Positions 50,889 through 64,000 of a DNA stretch of 64,000 nt are shown here, in pieces. The notes beneath the pieces were generated by a model. The model had not been told where the DNA came from and made no database searches. It saw only the letters and a list, made by a program, of their open reading frames with translations. Position 1 is the stretch's first letter; each line of letters begins with the position of its first letter. The stretch lies in the sequence record SRR20825019_1762; one strand, written 5' to 3'. Made by a program: the position numbers and the translations under genes.

Positions 50889-53867
50889 ATGAAAACAACA
50901 AATAGGTCAACATATCAAACTTGCCTTGGTCTTACAGGATTGTTCCTGCTGCTATTCCTGACATCCTGTAAAAAGGAAAAAAGAGAAACTACTACTGAAA
51001 CCAATATCATGGAACGGGTTCTAACACTATCAACGGAAGCCGCCTTTCCACAAAATTCAATCCTTACCACCCAAAAGGATGAAAGTGGGTTCACCTTGGT
51101 GGAAAATGGAATTGCCAGCAATATCCTTGTCAGTGAATCGGACCACGAAGGTGTTCAACGGATTGCCGGAATGTTCCAAAAAGATTTAAAACATGTTTCT
51201 GGTCAAGCACCGGAATTGATCATTGGGGATACACCCGGATCAAAGAACTTGATCATTATAGGAACCGTTGGCCAGAGCACTATAATCGACCGTTTGGCCA
51301 AAGACGGCAAAATCGATATAGAGGTACTGGAAGGAAAATGGGAGCAATTTTTAATCACTCCCGTAAAAAACCCGATGGAAGGAGTTGACAGCGCATTAGT
51401 AATCGCTGGGAGTGACAAACGGGGGACTATTTTTGGAATGTTCGACCTTTCCGAGCAAATGGGTGTTTCTCCATGGTATTGGTGGGCCGATGTTCCCGTG
51501 AAGGTTCGAAAAAACATTTACGTCAAACCTGAAAGGTACACCCTCGGTGAGCCCAAAGTAAAATATAGAGGCATCTTCATCAATGACGAAGCCCCGGCAT
51601 TATCGGGTTGGGTAACAGAAAAATATGGGGATTTCAACAAACAATTCTATGAAAAGGTATTTGAATTGATTCTCAGAATGAAAGGGAACTACCTTTGGCC
51701 TGCCATGTGGGGGCGCTCCCTTTGGGACGACGACCCCACCACGGCCCCGTTGGCAGATGAAATGGGTGTGGTTTTGGCCACATCGCACCACGAACCATTG
51801 ATGCGTTCGCACGTGGAATGGGACCGCCACGGCGAAGGTCCGTGGGATTATGACAAAAACCCTGAAAAACTAAGGGAGTTTTGGAGAGAAGGGATGGAGC
51901 GTACCAAAGGACAAGAAAAAGTGGTGACCCTTGCCATGCGAGGAGACGGGGATGAAGCCATGAGCGAAGGAACCAACATTGACCTTCTTGAAAAAATAGT
52001 AAAAGACCAAAGAGAAATCATCAAGGAAGTCACGGGCAAACCCATTAAAGAAACCCCACAAGTGTGGGCCCTTTACAAAGAAGTCCAGGAATATTACGAC
52101 AAAGGCATGCGTGTACCCAAGGATGTCACCCTATTACTTTGTGATGATAACTGGGGACAGGTCCGCGTTTTGCCTGCTTTGGACAGCGAACCCCGCTCAG
52201 GCGGCTATGGGATGTACTATCATTTTGACTTTGTAGGCGGCCCCCGAAGTTATAAATGGTTGAACACCACTCAAATTGAACGGGTCTGGGAGCAAATGAA
52301 CCTCACCTATTCCTACGGAGTGGATGAGATTTGGCTCGTAAATGTGGGAGATATAAAGCCCATGGAGTTCCCGATCAGTTTCTTTTTGGATTATGCTTGG
52401 AACCCTGAAAATTTTCCAGCAGAAAAGCTGCCGGAATATTACACCACTTGGGCCCAAAAGCAATTTGGAACCGAACATGCCCAAGAAATTGGCGAAATCA
52501 TAGCACTTTACACCAAATACAATTCACGCAGAAAACCAGAACTGCTAGAACCCGCCACCTATAGTCTTCAACATTTCAACGAAGCTGAGAATATGGTAGA
52601 AGATTATAATTCCTTGGTGACCCGTGCAAAAAAGGTGAAAGGTCAGTTACCTTCCAAGGCCCATGATGCTTTTTATCAATTGGTGCAATATCCTGTTGAG
52701 GCCTGTGTAAATTTGAACGAAATGTATGTGGCAGCAGGAAAGAACCGATTGTACGGTTTTCAGAACAGGGCATCCACCAACTACTATGCAGATAAAACAG
52801 AGGAGTTGTTCTTCAAGGATACCGTGTTCACAAATCACTATCATGATCTGGCCAATGGCAAATGGAACCATATGATGTCCCAAACCCATATGGGACATAC
52901 GACTTGGAGTGACCCAGCCTACAATAAAATGCCCGCAGTATCCTATATTCAATCAGGAAAAGATGCTCATTTGGGATATGTGATTGAAAATGGTATCAGC
53001 AGAAATCAATGGATGCCCAGTGGATTAAACAGTCAAAGCTTTTCTACTTTTGATCCCATCAACGATCAAAACTACTATATCGATGTCTTTAATATGGGCA
53101 AGGAAAAACTGTCGTACACCATCACTTCAGAAAATGATTGGATAAAGTTATCCTCCGAGGGCGGAACCATCCAATATGACGAAAAGGTCTTTGTCAGCAT
53201 TGATTGGGACAAAGCTCCCCAAGGACAGGATGTTGGGGAAGTTGTTATTACTGCATCAAATGCAGAACAAGGCACTAAAATCAACGTCCCCATTCGCAAT
53301 GATCTCCCAGAAAACATCAAAGGTTTTATAGAAAATCAAGGCATTGTAAGCATGGACGCTGTGAATTATCAAAAGTCCAATGAAACAGAAGATATTTCTT
53401 GGCAAACCATACCCAATTTAGGACGAACAGGGTCTGCCATAACCACTATGCCCGTTACCGCGGCCAAACAAAATCCTAACGATAACGGTCCGTATTTGGA
53501 ATATGATATTTACTTGATTGATCCAGGCACTTATAACCTAACGACCTACTTTTCACCTACCCTTAACTTTCAAAAAGATGAAGGTTTGCTTTATGCTGTT
53601 TCCATAGATGATGAAGCGCCAAAATTGATGAACTTGCACCAAGATGCCATTGCTGCGGATTGGACCTATCCCACTTGGTGGAACGAAGCGGTCAAGGACA
53701 ACATCATGAAACAAACGGTGCTAGCCAAAGATCTTTCGGCAGGTGTCCATAGCATCAAGTATTGGGCCGTTGACCCTGGGCTTGTATTACAAAAAATGGT
53801 ACTGCAAAAAGAAGGTGTTGATGCGAAAAGTTATTTGGGTCCGCCTGAAAGCTTGATCAAGAAATAA
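50889..53867 (+). CDS. GH115 xylan alpha-1,2-glucuronidase, lipoprotein
   Basis: GSDKRG, GVSPWYWWAD, YRGIFINDE, NYLWPAMW, SHHEP, RGDGD, YYHFD, NVGDIKP; lipobox LTSC. Confidence 0.95.
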   Translation: MKTTNRSTYQTCLGLTGLFLLLFLTSCKKEKRETTTETNIMERVLTLSTEAAFPQNSILTTQKDESGFTLVENGIASNILVSESDHEGVQRIAGMFQKDLKHVSGQAPELIIGDTPGSKNLIIIGTVGQSTIIDRLAKDGKIDIEVLEGKWEQFLITPVKNPMEGVDSALVIAGSDKRGTIFGMFDLSEQMGVSPWYWWADVPVKVRKNIYVKPERYTLGEPKVKYRGIFINDEAPALSGWVTEKYGDFNKQFYEKVFELILRMKGNYLWPAMWGRSLWDDDPTTAPLADEMGVVLATSHHEPLMRSHVEWDRHGEGPWDYDKNPEKLREFWREGMERTKGQEKVVTLAMRGDGDEAMSEGTNIDLLEKIVKDQREIIKEVTGKPIKETPQVWALYKEVQEYYDKGMRVPKDVTLLLCDDNWGQVRVLPALDSEPRSGGYGMYYHFDFVGGPRSYKWLNTTQIERVWEQMNLTYSYGVDEIWLVNVGDIKPMEFPISFFLDYAWNPENFPAEKLPEYYTTWAQKQFGTEHAQEIGEIIALYTKYNSRRKPELLEPATYSLQHFNEAENMVEDYNSLVTRAKKVKGQLPSKAHDAFYQLVQYPVEACVNLNEMYVAAGKNRLYGFQNRASTNYYADKTEELFFKDTVFTNHYHDLANGKWNHMMSQTHMGHTTWSDPAYNKMPAVSYIQSGKDAHLGYVIENGISRNQWMPSGLNSQSFSTFDPINDQNYYIDVFNMGKEKLSYTITSENDWIKLSSEGGTIQYDEKVFVSIDWDKAPQGQDVGEVVITASNAEQGTKINVPIRNDLPENIKGFIENQGIVSMDAVNYQKSNETEDISWQTIPNLGRTGSAITTMPVTAAKQNPNDNGPYLEYDIYLIDPGTYNLTTYFSPTLNFQKDEGLLYAVSIDDEAPKLMNLHQDAIAADWTYPTWWNEAVKDNIMKQTVLAKDLSAGVHSIKYWAVDPGLVLQKMVLQKEGVDAKSYLGPPESLIKK

Positions 53868-53902
53868 TCTAATTTTCAACATAATTTGATAAAACACGTA
53901 TT

Positions 53903-55861
53903 GTGAAAAACGATAAAACCTTTGCAACATTCATATTATTGATGTTCTGTGTCACTGCAGGAATATCCCAGATAACGCTTCCTGAAATAATCAGGGACAG
54001 TATGGTCATCCAGCGCAACGCCAAAATCACCATTTGGGGCTGGGCTTCGCCGGGAGAGCGGATAACGGCAACATTCAACGGAAAGCAAAGAAAAACGTCT
54101 GCCGATTCCGAAGGCGACTGGAGCTTGGAATTCCCCAAAATGAAGGCGGGGGGCCCTTACACCCTAGAAATTTCCGGAAAAAACAATATCCGTCTCGAAG
54201 ATATTTTGATCGGGGATGTTTGGCTCTGTTCCGGACAATCGAATATGGTGCATCAAATGGACATTCACGATGTTACCTATGCAAAAGATATTGTCAATGC
54301 CAATTACCCTGAAATCAGGCATTTTAAGGTGCCTCGAAAGACTGATTTGCAAGGCCCGAGCAAAGATTTGGACGGAGGCTCTTGGAAAGTTGCCGTATCC
54401 GAAGAGGTTCGGCCTTTCTCTGCCGTCGCTTATTTTTTTGCACTCAAATTGTATAAAAAATATGGGGTGCCCATCGGACTGATCAATGCAAGTGTCGGCG
54501 GTACTCCCATTGAAGCTTGGATAAACGAGGAAGGCTACCAAAAATCCCCTGGCATTTTAAAAATTATTGAGGAGAACAAGGACACTGCTTTTGTAAACAG
54601 TCATTCCATTAACCGGTTTTCTGGGAATCAACCATCTCAAAAACCAAAAGACAAGGGCCTTATCGGCGAAAAACCTTGGTATGATGTCAACTTTGAACCC
54701 AAAAACTGGCGTAGGATAAACATCCCTGGATATTGGGAGGATCAAGGAGCCAGAGACCTTAACGGTGTGGTTTGGTACAGGAAGGAAATCGTTCTGCCCC
54801 AATCCATGGACAACGAAGAGGCGACCGTGTTTTTGGGCCGTATCGTAGACGCCGATGAATTGTATATCAATGGTGAAAAAGTGGGCAACACCACCTACCA
54901 ATATCCACAAAGAAGATATGATGTTCCCGCAAATATTCTGAAAGCCGGGAAAAACACTTTTGTCATTCGTGTGACCAATAATTACGGTAAGGGTGGTTTT
55001 GTTCCCGATAAACCTTATTACATTTTTACGGATAAGGACACCGTGGATTTAAATGGATACTGGCAATACAAGGTTGGAGAAGTGTATCCGCCCGTTGATT
55101 TTTCCTCTTTTTCTCAGAATGATGGCAAATCCAAAGAAAGAACCATCAATCCCCAAAATGAGCCCACGGCTTTGTACAACGGTATGGTGGCCCCCTATAT
55201 CCAACTTCCCATAAAAGGCGTGTTGTGGTATCAAGGCGAGAGCAACGCTGGCAGACCTGAGGAATACCTGGACTTGATGCACGCCCTGATGAATGGATGG
55301 AGAGGAATTTACAATGATCCCGAGCTGCCTTTTATCTATGCGCAGCTTCCCAATTTTGGTGATGTGACCTACTCCCCCACCGAGAGCAACTGGGCCGAAC
55401 TCAGGGAAGCACAACTAAAGGCGCTGGGCGGCCCCAGCACCGCAATGACCGTCAATATTGATTTAGGGGAATGGAACGATATCCACCCGGACAATAAAAA
55501 AGATGTAGGGGAGCGAATGGCTTTAGCAGCCAAAAAAATAGCGTATGGAGAAGATATCGTCTATTCAGGACCACTTTATCAATCTTCTCAAATAAAAGAT
55601 GATAAAATCATCATTTCCTTTTCACATATCGGGGGAGGATTGACCACTGATGATGGTGAGGCTCTTGATAGCTTTGAGATTGCCGGTGAGGACAAAAACT
55701 TTGTTTGGGCCAAGGCAAAAATTGATGATGACAAAGTAATCGTTTGGAGTAATGAAGTTCCTAATCCAAAATATGTACGATACGCATGGGCCGACAATCC
55801 CGACAATCCGAATTTATACAACAAAGAAGGTCTTCCTGCATCACCCTTCAGAACTGAATAG
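53903..55861 (+). CDS. SASA/sialate O-acetylesterase-like glycan acetylesterase (CE20-type split SGNH)
   Basis: GDVWLCSGQSNM, inserted beta-sandwich, WYQGESN, DIHP-NK, VRYAW, GLPASPFRT. Confidence 0.88.
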   Translation: MKNDKTFATFILLMFCVTAGISQITLPEIIRDSMVIQRNAKITIWGWASPGERITATFNGKQRKTSADSEGDWSLEFPKMKAGGPYTLEISGKNNIRLEDILIGDVWLCSGQSNMVHQMDIHDVTYAKDIVNANYPEIRHFKVPRKTDLQGPSKDLDGGSWKVAVSEEVRPFSAVAYFFALKLYKKYGVPIGLINASVGGTPIEAWINEEGYQKSPGILKIIEENKDTAFVNSHSINRFSGNQPSQKPKDKGLIGEKPWYDVNFEPKNWRRINIPGYWEDQGARDLNGVVWYRKEIVLPQSMDNEEATVFLGRIVDADELYINGEKVGNTTYQYPQRRYDVPANILKAGKNTFVIRVTNNYGKGGFVPDKPYYIFTDKDTVDLNGYWQYKVGEVYPPVDFSSFSQNDGKSKERTINPQNEPTALYNGMVAPYIQLPIKGVLWYQGESNAGRPEEYLDLMHALMNGWRGIYNDPELPFIYAQLPNFGDVTYSPTESNWAELREAQLKALGGPSTAMTVNIDLGEWNDIHPDNKKDVGERMALAAKKIAYGEDIVYSGPLYQSSQIKDDKIIISFSHIGGGLTTDDGEALDSFEIAGEDKNFVWAKAKIDDDKVIVWSNEVPNPKYVRYAWADNPDNPNLYNKEGLPASPFRTE

Positions 55862-55878
55862 GTTACCTCAGCCAAGAC

Positions 55879-55913
55879 AAAAAAAGGGACATCAATAATG
55901 ATTTCCTTTTTTT
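55879..55913. terminator. Bidirectional terminator between convergent genes
   Basis: A7-GGGACATC...GATTTCC-T7. Confidence 0.6.
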
Positions 55914-55936
55914 ATAAAGAATGCTGGAATTTTGCA

Positions 55937-58796
<2,860 letters not shown>

Positions 58797-58813
58797 CTGT
58801 GATTCGTTTATGC

Positions 58814-59554
58814 TTAAAATCCAATACTGTTTCCACCATCAACGGGAAGTACTGTCCCCGTAACAAACTTGGACTCCTTGGAGCACATGAAGAACACGGC
58901 ATCCGCAATATCTTCTGGAAGTCCCATTTTTCCCATGGGTGTCCTTGAAAAAACCTTTTCTTTTCGTGGAGGGTCGGAGTCGAGTGCCTTCGCGGTCATT
59001 TTGGTCTCTATAAAGCCTGGGGCTATACAATTGGTCCTAATATTATATTGTGCCAAGTCTACGGCCATTGCCCGGGTCATACCCTCTATGGCGGTTTTGC
59101 TGGCCGAGTAGGCCACTACCTTGGGCATACCGTACTGTGCGGCCATAGAACTGATGTTTACAATGCTTCCACCACCTGTCTCTTTCATTTTTTTGACCAC
59201 CTCTCTGCTAATTGCAAAAACACTGAAAAGATTGGTGCGGATTATGTTTTCAAATTCGGCATCCGTAACTTCGATAAACTCTTTCTTCATATTGATACCT
59301 GCATTGTTGACCAGTATATCAATTTGTCCTTCCTTATCGAAAATATGTTGGACCATTCCGGGAATTTCCTCCAAATTCGTCAAGTCAAAAATCAATGGTA
59401 CGGCATTGCTCCCTATTTCCGCACAGGCATCTTCCGTACGCTCCTTGGTTCGACCAATAACATAGGTTTTTATCCCATTGTCGCAGAATTTCTTTGCTGT
59501 TGCGTATCCCAAGCCCGAGTTGCCTCCGGTTACTATGGCTATTTTTTTATCCAT
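58814..59554 (-). CDS. SDR oxidoreductase, probable fructuronate reductase (UxuB role)
   Basis: TGGNSGLG, NNAG, YSASK; lies between GH67 and uxuA. Substrate inferred from context. Confidence 0.75.
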   Translation of the reverse strand: MDKKIAIVTGGNSGLGYATAKKFCDNGIKTYVIGRTKERTEDACAEIGSNAVPLIFDLTNLEEIPGMVQHIFDKEGQIDILVNNAGINMKKEFIEVTDAEFENIIRTNLFSVFAISREVVKKMKETGGGSIVNISSMAAQYGMPKVVAYSASKTAIEGMTRAMAVDLAQYNIRTNCIAPGFIETKMTAKALDSDPPRKEKVFSRTPMGKMGLPEDIADAVFFMCSKESKFVTGTVLPVDGGNSIGF

Positions 59555-59575
59555 TAATATATGTGTTGGTGATTT

Positions 59576-61792
59576 TTAATCCCATTGCGGCCGAATACCG
59601 GGGGCATATGGAAATTTCAAAGATTTATAATATTGCAATGTATTTTCCGGGGACTCCATTTCCTTTGGAAAATCCATTTTTGAGAATGTTTGAAAATATA
59701 GCATACAGGCATCTCGCCACCATTTGGCTTCCTTTAGCTGTATACCCAATAACATACTTACCTGATTGAACCTGTATTCATCCACGTAGGGTTTCATCGT
59801 TTCCCAAGTTGTTATCATTTCACGTACTTGGTCCACGCCCTCTTGGTATTTAATTCCTAAACCATCCCAAAGGGTTCTTCCGTTCTTAAGTTGGTAATCC
59901 CAGGGTAGGTGATGAAACCATAAGAGGTACTCCTCGGGACAAGTTTCCAGGTTACCGAACTTTTCTTCAAGCTCTGGCGCATATTGCGACAAGGCATCAC
60001 TTCCTGTTTTGGTCCTGTCAAAACCAATACCTTCTTCATCTGCCTTATGATAGTACACAGGGTTCCATTCAGGACGCGAAAGGTTGTCCACCCAAGGTCC
60101 TGGGCCATAATGGTGACTTGTATCAAAAAGATGGTGCAATCCCAAAGGGTTCATGTAGTTGACCACAGCTTCTCTGGATTCCAACAACATCTGTTTTACG
60201 GGCTTTAAAAAATCTTTGTCATTGCTAAAGGTACATCGTAGCCATTCATCTGCAATTTTTTCTGAACTCATAGAGGGGTTCCATGCCAATCTTCCGAAAC
60301 CGTACCAATCTGCTTGGCCAAAAGGGTGTCCCGTCCAATTAGCGTCCGTTCCAATATTGGATACTCCGGCCATTCCCGTCAACCTTTTATTGCTTAAGGT
60401 TCCATCAACAACCTTGGCCACTGTAGATCCTTCTCCTTTTTGATACGTATCGCTTTCTAAAACTTCTTCAAAAAGTTTAGGCATATAAACAAGGTGCGTG
60501 GCAAAGCCCAAATATTCCTTGGTTATCTGAAACTCCATCATTAATGGAGTGTTGGGCATGGCGCCGAACATGGGGTGAAAGGGCTCTCGAGGTTGAAAAT
60601 CAATCGGCCCGTTTTTTACTTGAATCAACACATTGTCCGGATACTTGCCATCATCGGGCACAAACTCACTGTATGCTTGTTTTGCCCTGTCATCTGCATC
60701 GTGTTCGGAATAAACAAAAGCACGCCAAATTACCGTTCCTTGATAAGGAGCTAAGGCATCTGCCATCATTTTGGCCCCGTCTAAATGAGTTCGCCCATAA
60801 TTTTGGGGACCGGGCTGTCCTTCCGAGTTCGCCTTGACCAAAAAACCTCCAAAATCCGGGATACTTTTATAAATTTCTGCCGCCTTGTCCTTCCACCATT
60901 GGATTACTTGTGGGTCCAAGGGGTCAGCTGTTTTCAACCCTCCAATTTCCATAGGGGCCGAAAAACGGGCGGTGAGATACACTTTTACGCCATATGGACG
61001 AAATACTTGGGCAAGTGCCTTTACCTTTTCCAAATACTGCGGGGTTAAAATAAGGGCGTTGGCATTAACATTGGTCAATGCCGTACCATTGACACCGATT
61101 GATGCATTCGCCCTAGCGTAGTCTATATAGCGTTGATCTATATAATCTGGAAGTGTTTGCCAATTCCAAATGGAGAATCCGGCATAACCTCTTTCCACTG
61201 TTCTATCCAAGTTGTCCCAATGGTTCAACATGCGGATATCTACTTTTGGCGACTCTTCTAAATTCAAAGAAGCCAACGGTTGATGCATTTTCAGCATCCG
61301 CAGAAAATGAAAAGTTCCATAGAGCAATCCAATATCTTCCTTACCGGTAACAAGCACATAGGACCTTCCTCCTTTTTCGACATGCTTTATCATGTAACCT
61401 TCACCTCTGAGGTTATCGATATTGATATCTTCCTTAAAAACTCTGGGCAAACCAGCATATTTGGAAATGATCAATTGATTCTCCGAAGCCTGAAACGGTT
61501 TAAACCGTACTTCTGTTCCCAATAGGCCTCCCAATCCCATTTTCAGTTCCTTTTTTATAGCTCCCATGGTTTCACCGCCTTCCTCTACCAAAACACTTTG
61601 GAGTTGGTTTTGATAGGTTTTCAGCATGGACTCATCGGATATTTTGCTGTAATTCAACCATAGTCCATATCCATTGGACATAGCGAATGACATACTGCAC
61701 AGCAGAACAAAAAAGCTAAAAAAAAATGCTGTTTTTAATTTGAAGGGGTGTTTCATCATTTGGAAATTCTCAAAAAAAAATTGATAAATCAT
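59576..61792 (-). CDS. aguA: GH67 alpha-glucuronidase (start probably ATG at 61759 or 61756)
   Basis: LNHWDNLD, ERGYAG, NVNA, KANSEGQPGP, WRAFVY, KNGPIDFQPREP, LLWFHH. Confidence 0.95.
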   Translation of the reverse strand: MIYQFFFENFQMMKHPFKLKTAFFFSFFVLLCSMSFAMSNGYGLWLNYSKISDESMLKTYQNQLQSVLVEEGGETMGAIKKELKMGLGGLLGTEVRFKPFQASENQLIISKYAGLPRVFKEDINIDNLRGEGYMIKHVEKGGRSYVLVTGKEDIGLLYGTFHFLRMLKMHQPLASLNLEESPKVDIRMLNHWDNLDRTVERGYAGFSIWNWQTLPDYIDQRYIDYARANASIGVNGTALTNVNANALILTPQYLEKVKALAQVFRPYGVKVYLTARFSAPMEIGGLKTADPLDPQVIQWWKDKAAEIYKSIPDFGGFLVKANSEGQPGPQNYGRTHLDGAKMMADALAPYQGTVIWRAFVYSEHDADDRAKQAYSEFVPDDGKYPDNVLIQVKNGPIDFQPREPFHPMFGAMPNTPLMMEFQITKEYLGFATHLVYMPKLFEEVLESDTYQKGEGSTVAKVVDGTLSNKRLTGMAGVSNIGTDANWTGHPFGQADWYGFGRLAWNPSMSSEKIADEWLRCTFSNDKDFLKPVKQMLLESREAVVNYMNPLGLHHLFDTSHHYGPGPWVDNLSRPEWNPVYYHKADEEGIGFDRTKTGSDALSQYAPELEEKFGNLETCPEEYLLWFHHLPWDYQLKNGRTLWDGLGIKYQEGVDQVREMITTWETMKPYVDEYRFNQVSMLLGIQLKEAKWWRDACMLYFQTFSKMDFPKEMESPENTLQYYKSLKFPYAPGIRPQWD

Positions 61793-61855
61793 TTAATCAA
61801 TCAATTGCGCCCAGTAAAATAAGTGAAAAATTCATAGATTAACAAAATGTTTAAC

Positions 61856-61867
61856 GCAATCGATTGC
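61856..61867. promoter_or_regulatory. LacI-type operator GCAATCGATTGC between divergent GH67 and uxaC units
   Basis: Perfect palindrome; GAAATTTG -7 variant 19 nt after its TTG. Confidence 0.78.
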
Positions 61868-61932
61868 AAAAATGAAAATTTTTACGAAATTTGGAATCTA
61901 TTTAAAGAAAAAATAATCCAGTCCGCTAAATT

Positions 61933-62223
61933 ATGAAATCTTATAAGGTCCTTTTATCGCGTTCCCCGGCCTTTCCATCTGTTTCGTTGTGCAAAGAAAA
62001 AATAATCATGACCAATGCTAACGACCGTCAGGGCCATCCAGAAGGAATCAATCCAAATACTTCCGAAAATAGTACCTTCCCTTTAGCCCCCAATCTTTTA
62101 CAGGTTATATGTAACCTGGACAAACAAGTTTTAACACCTGTAAAGTTTGAGGTATATTTTGATGATAGTAAACAACTAATTACGGATTTAACGCAGAACC
62201 CTAAAACTATCGTCCTAAACTAA
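61933..62223 (+). CDS. Hypothetical 96-aa protein upstream of uxaC
   Basis: Fills the gap between the putative promoter and uxaC; start context TAAATTATG; no motif recognised. Confidence 0.4.
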   Translation: MKSYKVLLSRSPAFPSVSLCKEKIIMTNANDRQGHPEGINPNTSENSTFPLAPNLLQVICNLDKQVLTPVKFEVYFDDSKQLITDLTQNPKTIVLN

Positions 62224-62245
62224 ACCCTTACTTAGAAACCAACAC

Positions 62246-63676
62246 ATGAAAAAATTTATACATGATGATTTTTTGCTGGAAACGGACTACGCCAAGGAGC
62301 TGTATCACAATTATGCAAAGAATCAACCTATCATAGATTTTCATTGCCATCTTCCGGCCAACGAAATTGCGGCAAATAGAAGCTTTACCAACATGACCCA
62401 GATTTGGGTAGAGGGCGATCATTACAAATGGAGGGCCATGAGAGCCTTGGGCATTGAGGAAAGATATATCACGGGCAATGCCACGGATGAGGAGAAATTC
62501 CAAAAATGGGCAGAAACAGTACCCTATGCACTTCGGAATCCGCTATATCATTGGACGCACATGGAACTAAGCCGATATTTTGAAATGGATAAAATTTTAA
62601 GCCCTAAAACCGCCGACCAAATCTATGGGGCTTGTAATGAAAAACTGCGTTCCTCGGATTTTTCAACTCAAAATCTCCTTCGTAGGATGAACGTAGAGGT
62701 GGTCTGTACCACAGATGATCCGTTGGACAATCTATCCGACCATGCCAAGTTGGACAATTCAGATTTTTCCACCAAGGTTCTACCTACTTTTAGGCCAGAT
62801 GGACTCATTAATATTGAGAAACGCGGTTTTACGGATTACCTTAAGCGATTATCCGAAATCACGGAAATCGACGTTACAGATTTTGAATCCTTAAAGGAGG
62901 CCATTGGGCAGAGAATAGACTTTTTTCACGCACATGGATGCCGACTGTCGGACCATGGGCTGAGCCATGCCTTTGGCGAAACGTTTACTCCTGATGAAAT
63001 CAATAGAATTATTCAGCTTAGCTTAAAGGGTAAAGCTATCTCCGGCAAAGAAGTGGCTCAATACAAATCGGCGGTGATGCATTCGCTGGGTGTGTTTTAC
63101 GCAAAGAAAAATTGGGTAATGCAATTGCATTTGGGCCCCATAAGGGATAACAACCAAGCCGTTCTTTCCAAAATTGGCATCAATGCCGGGGTAGACAGTA
63201 TTGGAGATTATCAGCAGGCTGAGCAATTGGCCAGTTTCTTGAATCAACTAAACAACAGTGATAGTCTTCCAAAGACAATTTTATACAACTCCAATCCTTC
63301 GGACAATGAGGTTTTTGCCACCATGGCCGGTAATTTTACCGGAGAGGGCATTAAAAGTAAAGTGCAGTTCGGGGCTGCTTGGTGGTTTTTGGACCAAAAA
63401 GATGGAATTGAAGATCAACTGGACATTCTTTCCAACATGGGATTGCTCAGTTGTTCTGTGGGCATGCTTACGGACAGCAGAAGTTTTCTCTCCTTTCCGC
63501 GGCACGAATACTACAGAAGGATATTGTGTAACTTGCTCGGTAACGACCTTAAATCTGGATTGCTACCGAATGACATGGAATGGATAGGACAAATTATTAA
63601 AGACATAACATATAACAACGCCAAAGCATTTTTTCAATTCCCCAGCGTAGTGAAAAAAGAAGGCGTAAAAGCATAA
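62246..63676 (+). CDS. uxaC: Glucuronate isomerase
   Basis: IIDFHCHL, GDHYKWRAMR, NPLYHWTH-EL, CTTDDP, WWFLD, GMLTDSRSFLS-PRHEY. Confidence 0.97.
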   Translation: MKKFIHDDFLLETDYAKELYHNYAKNQPIIDFHCHLPANEIAANRSFTNMTQIWVEGDHYKWRAMRALGIEERYITGNATDEEKFQKWAETVPYALRNPLYHWTHMELSRYFEMDKILSPKTADQIYGACNEKLRSSDFSTQNLLRRMNVEVVCTTDDPLDNLSDHAKLDNSDFSTKVLPTFRPDGLINIEKRGFTDYLKRLSEITEIDVTDFESLKEAIGQRIDFFHAHGCRLSDHGLSHAFGETFTPDEINRIIQLSLKGKAISGKEVAQYKSAVMHSLGVFYAKKNWVMQLHLGPIRDNNQAVLSKIGINAGVDSIGDYQQAEQLASFLNQLNNSDSLPKTILYNSNPSDNEVFATMAGNFTGEGIKSKVQFGAAWWFLDQKDGIEDQLDILSNMGLLSCSVGMLTDSRSFLSFPRHEYYRRILCNLLGNDLKSGLLPNDMEWIGQIIKDITYNNAKAFFQFPSVVKKEGVKA

Positions 63677-63714
63677 GGGACGCATAACCCCTTAACTAAA
63701 CAAACATATTGCAC

Positions 63715-64000
63715 ATGAAAAAACACACCCGGCTTGAGGTTTTTAAGACTATGGGAGACACGGGGTTTGTTCCCTTGTTCTATAATTCCGACCCCAAAAT
63801 GGTACAACAAGTGGTGAAAGCTTGTTATGATGGGGGCGCTAGATTATTTGAGTTTACCCACAGAGGAGAAAACGCCGAACAGGTATTTTCCGAACTGATC
63901 ATCTTCTGCAACAAAGAATGTCCCGATATGATTTTGGGCGTAGGCTCCGTTACCGATGCCGCGACAGCATCCAATTTCATAAATATGGGGGCCTCTTTTG
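63715..64000 (+). CDS. eda: KDPG/KHG aldolase, 5' part only (runs off the window; not in the ORF track)
   Basis: Translated by hand: MKKHTRLEVFKTMGDTGFVPLFY...ACYDGGARLFEFTHRG...ILGVGSV-DA-TA. Confidence 0.85.
   Translation, partial: MKKHTRLEVFKTMGDTGFVPLFYNSDPKMVQQVVKACYDGGARLFEFTHRGENAEQVFSELIIFCNKECPDMILGVGSVTDAATASNFINMGASF

Noticed and set aside
53903-55861. Sialic acid utilisation
   Set aside because: No sialidase or nan genes; position after GH10 and GH115 indicates glycan deacetylation.
61718-61780. Phase variation at two A9 tracts near the GH67 start
   Set aside because: The frame is intact, and such tracts are common in AT-rich leaders and Phe-rich signal peptides.

Overview
Gene-dense carbohydrate-utilisation region of a Bacteroidota genome, most likely Flavobacteriaceae (SusC/SusD pairs, A-rich leaders without Shine-Dalgarno, TAnnTTTG promoters, Gln after signal peptides). 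It has four blocks. (1) 0.5-16.2 kb: debranching enzymes for decorated arabinoxylan (GH95, CBM48-CE1 x2, type-B carboxylesterase, GH146/127, GH51, GH43, CE6-CE1-CBM48-CE1). (2) 16.3-38.5 kb: an ECF-sigma/FecR/SusC/SusD locus with no glycoside hydrolase. It encodes exported redox/lyase enzymes (PQQ haem-c dehydrogenase, cupin-lactonase, two Tat enolase-family dehydratases, two signal-peptide RraA aldolases), a BASS symporter and cytoplasmic XylX-like/KGSA dehydrogenase genes, and looks like a periplasmic non-phosphorylative sugar-acid pathway. (3) 38.9-55.9 kb: xylan PUL (GH43_1, SusC/SusD, GH10, GH115, CE20-like) interrupted by a carbamoyltransferase / 49-aa DUF5989 peptide / SxtJ-like / SGNH module. 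The peptide is missing from the ORF track and ends in a DltX-like FIYxxF motif, suggesting an undescribed trans-envelope O-carbamoylation relay. (4) 55.9-64 kb: frameshifted GH43, uxuA, SDR, GH67, uxaC and a truncated eda. Non-coding signals include a LacI-type operator at three divergent promoters, a probable antisense sRNA at the susC start, and two look-alike 3' elements. All calls come from motif recognition by eye; no searches were run. I found no rRNA, tRNA, CRISPR or mobile element.
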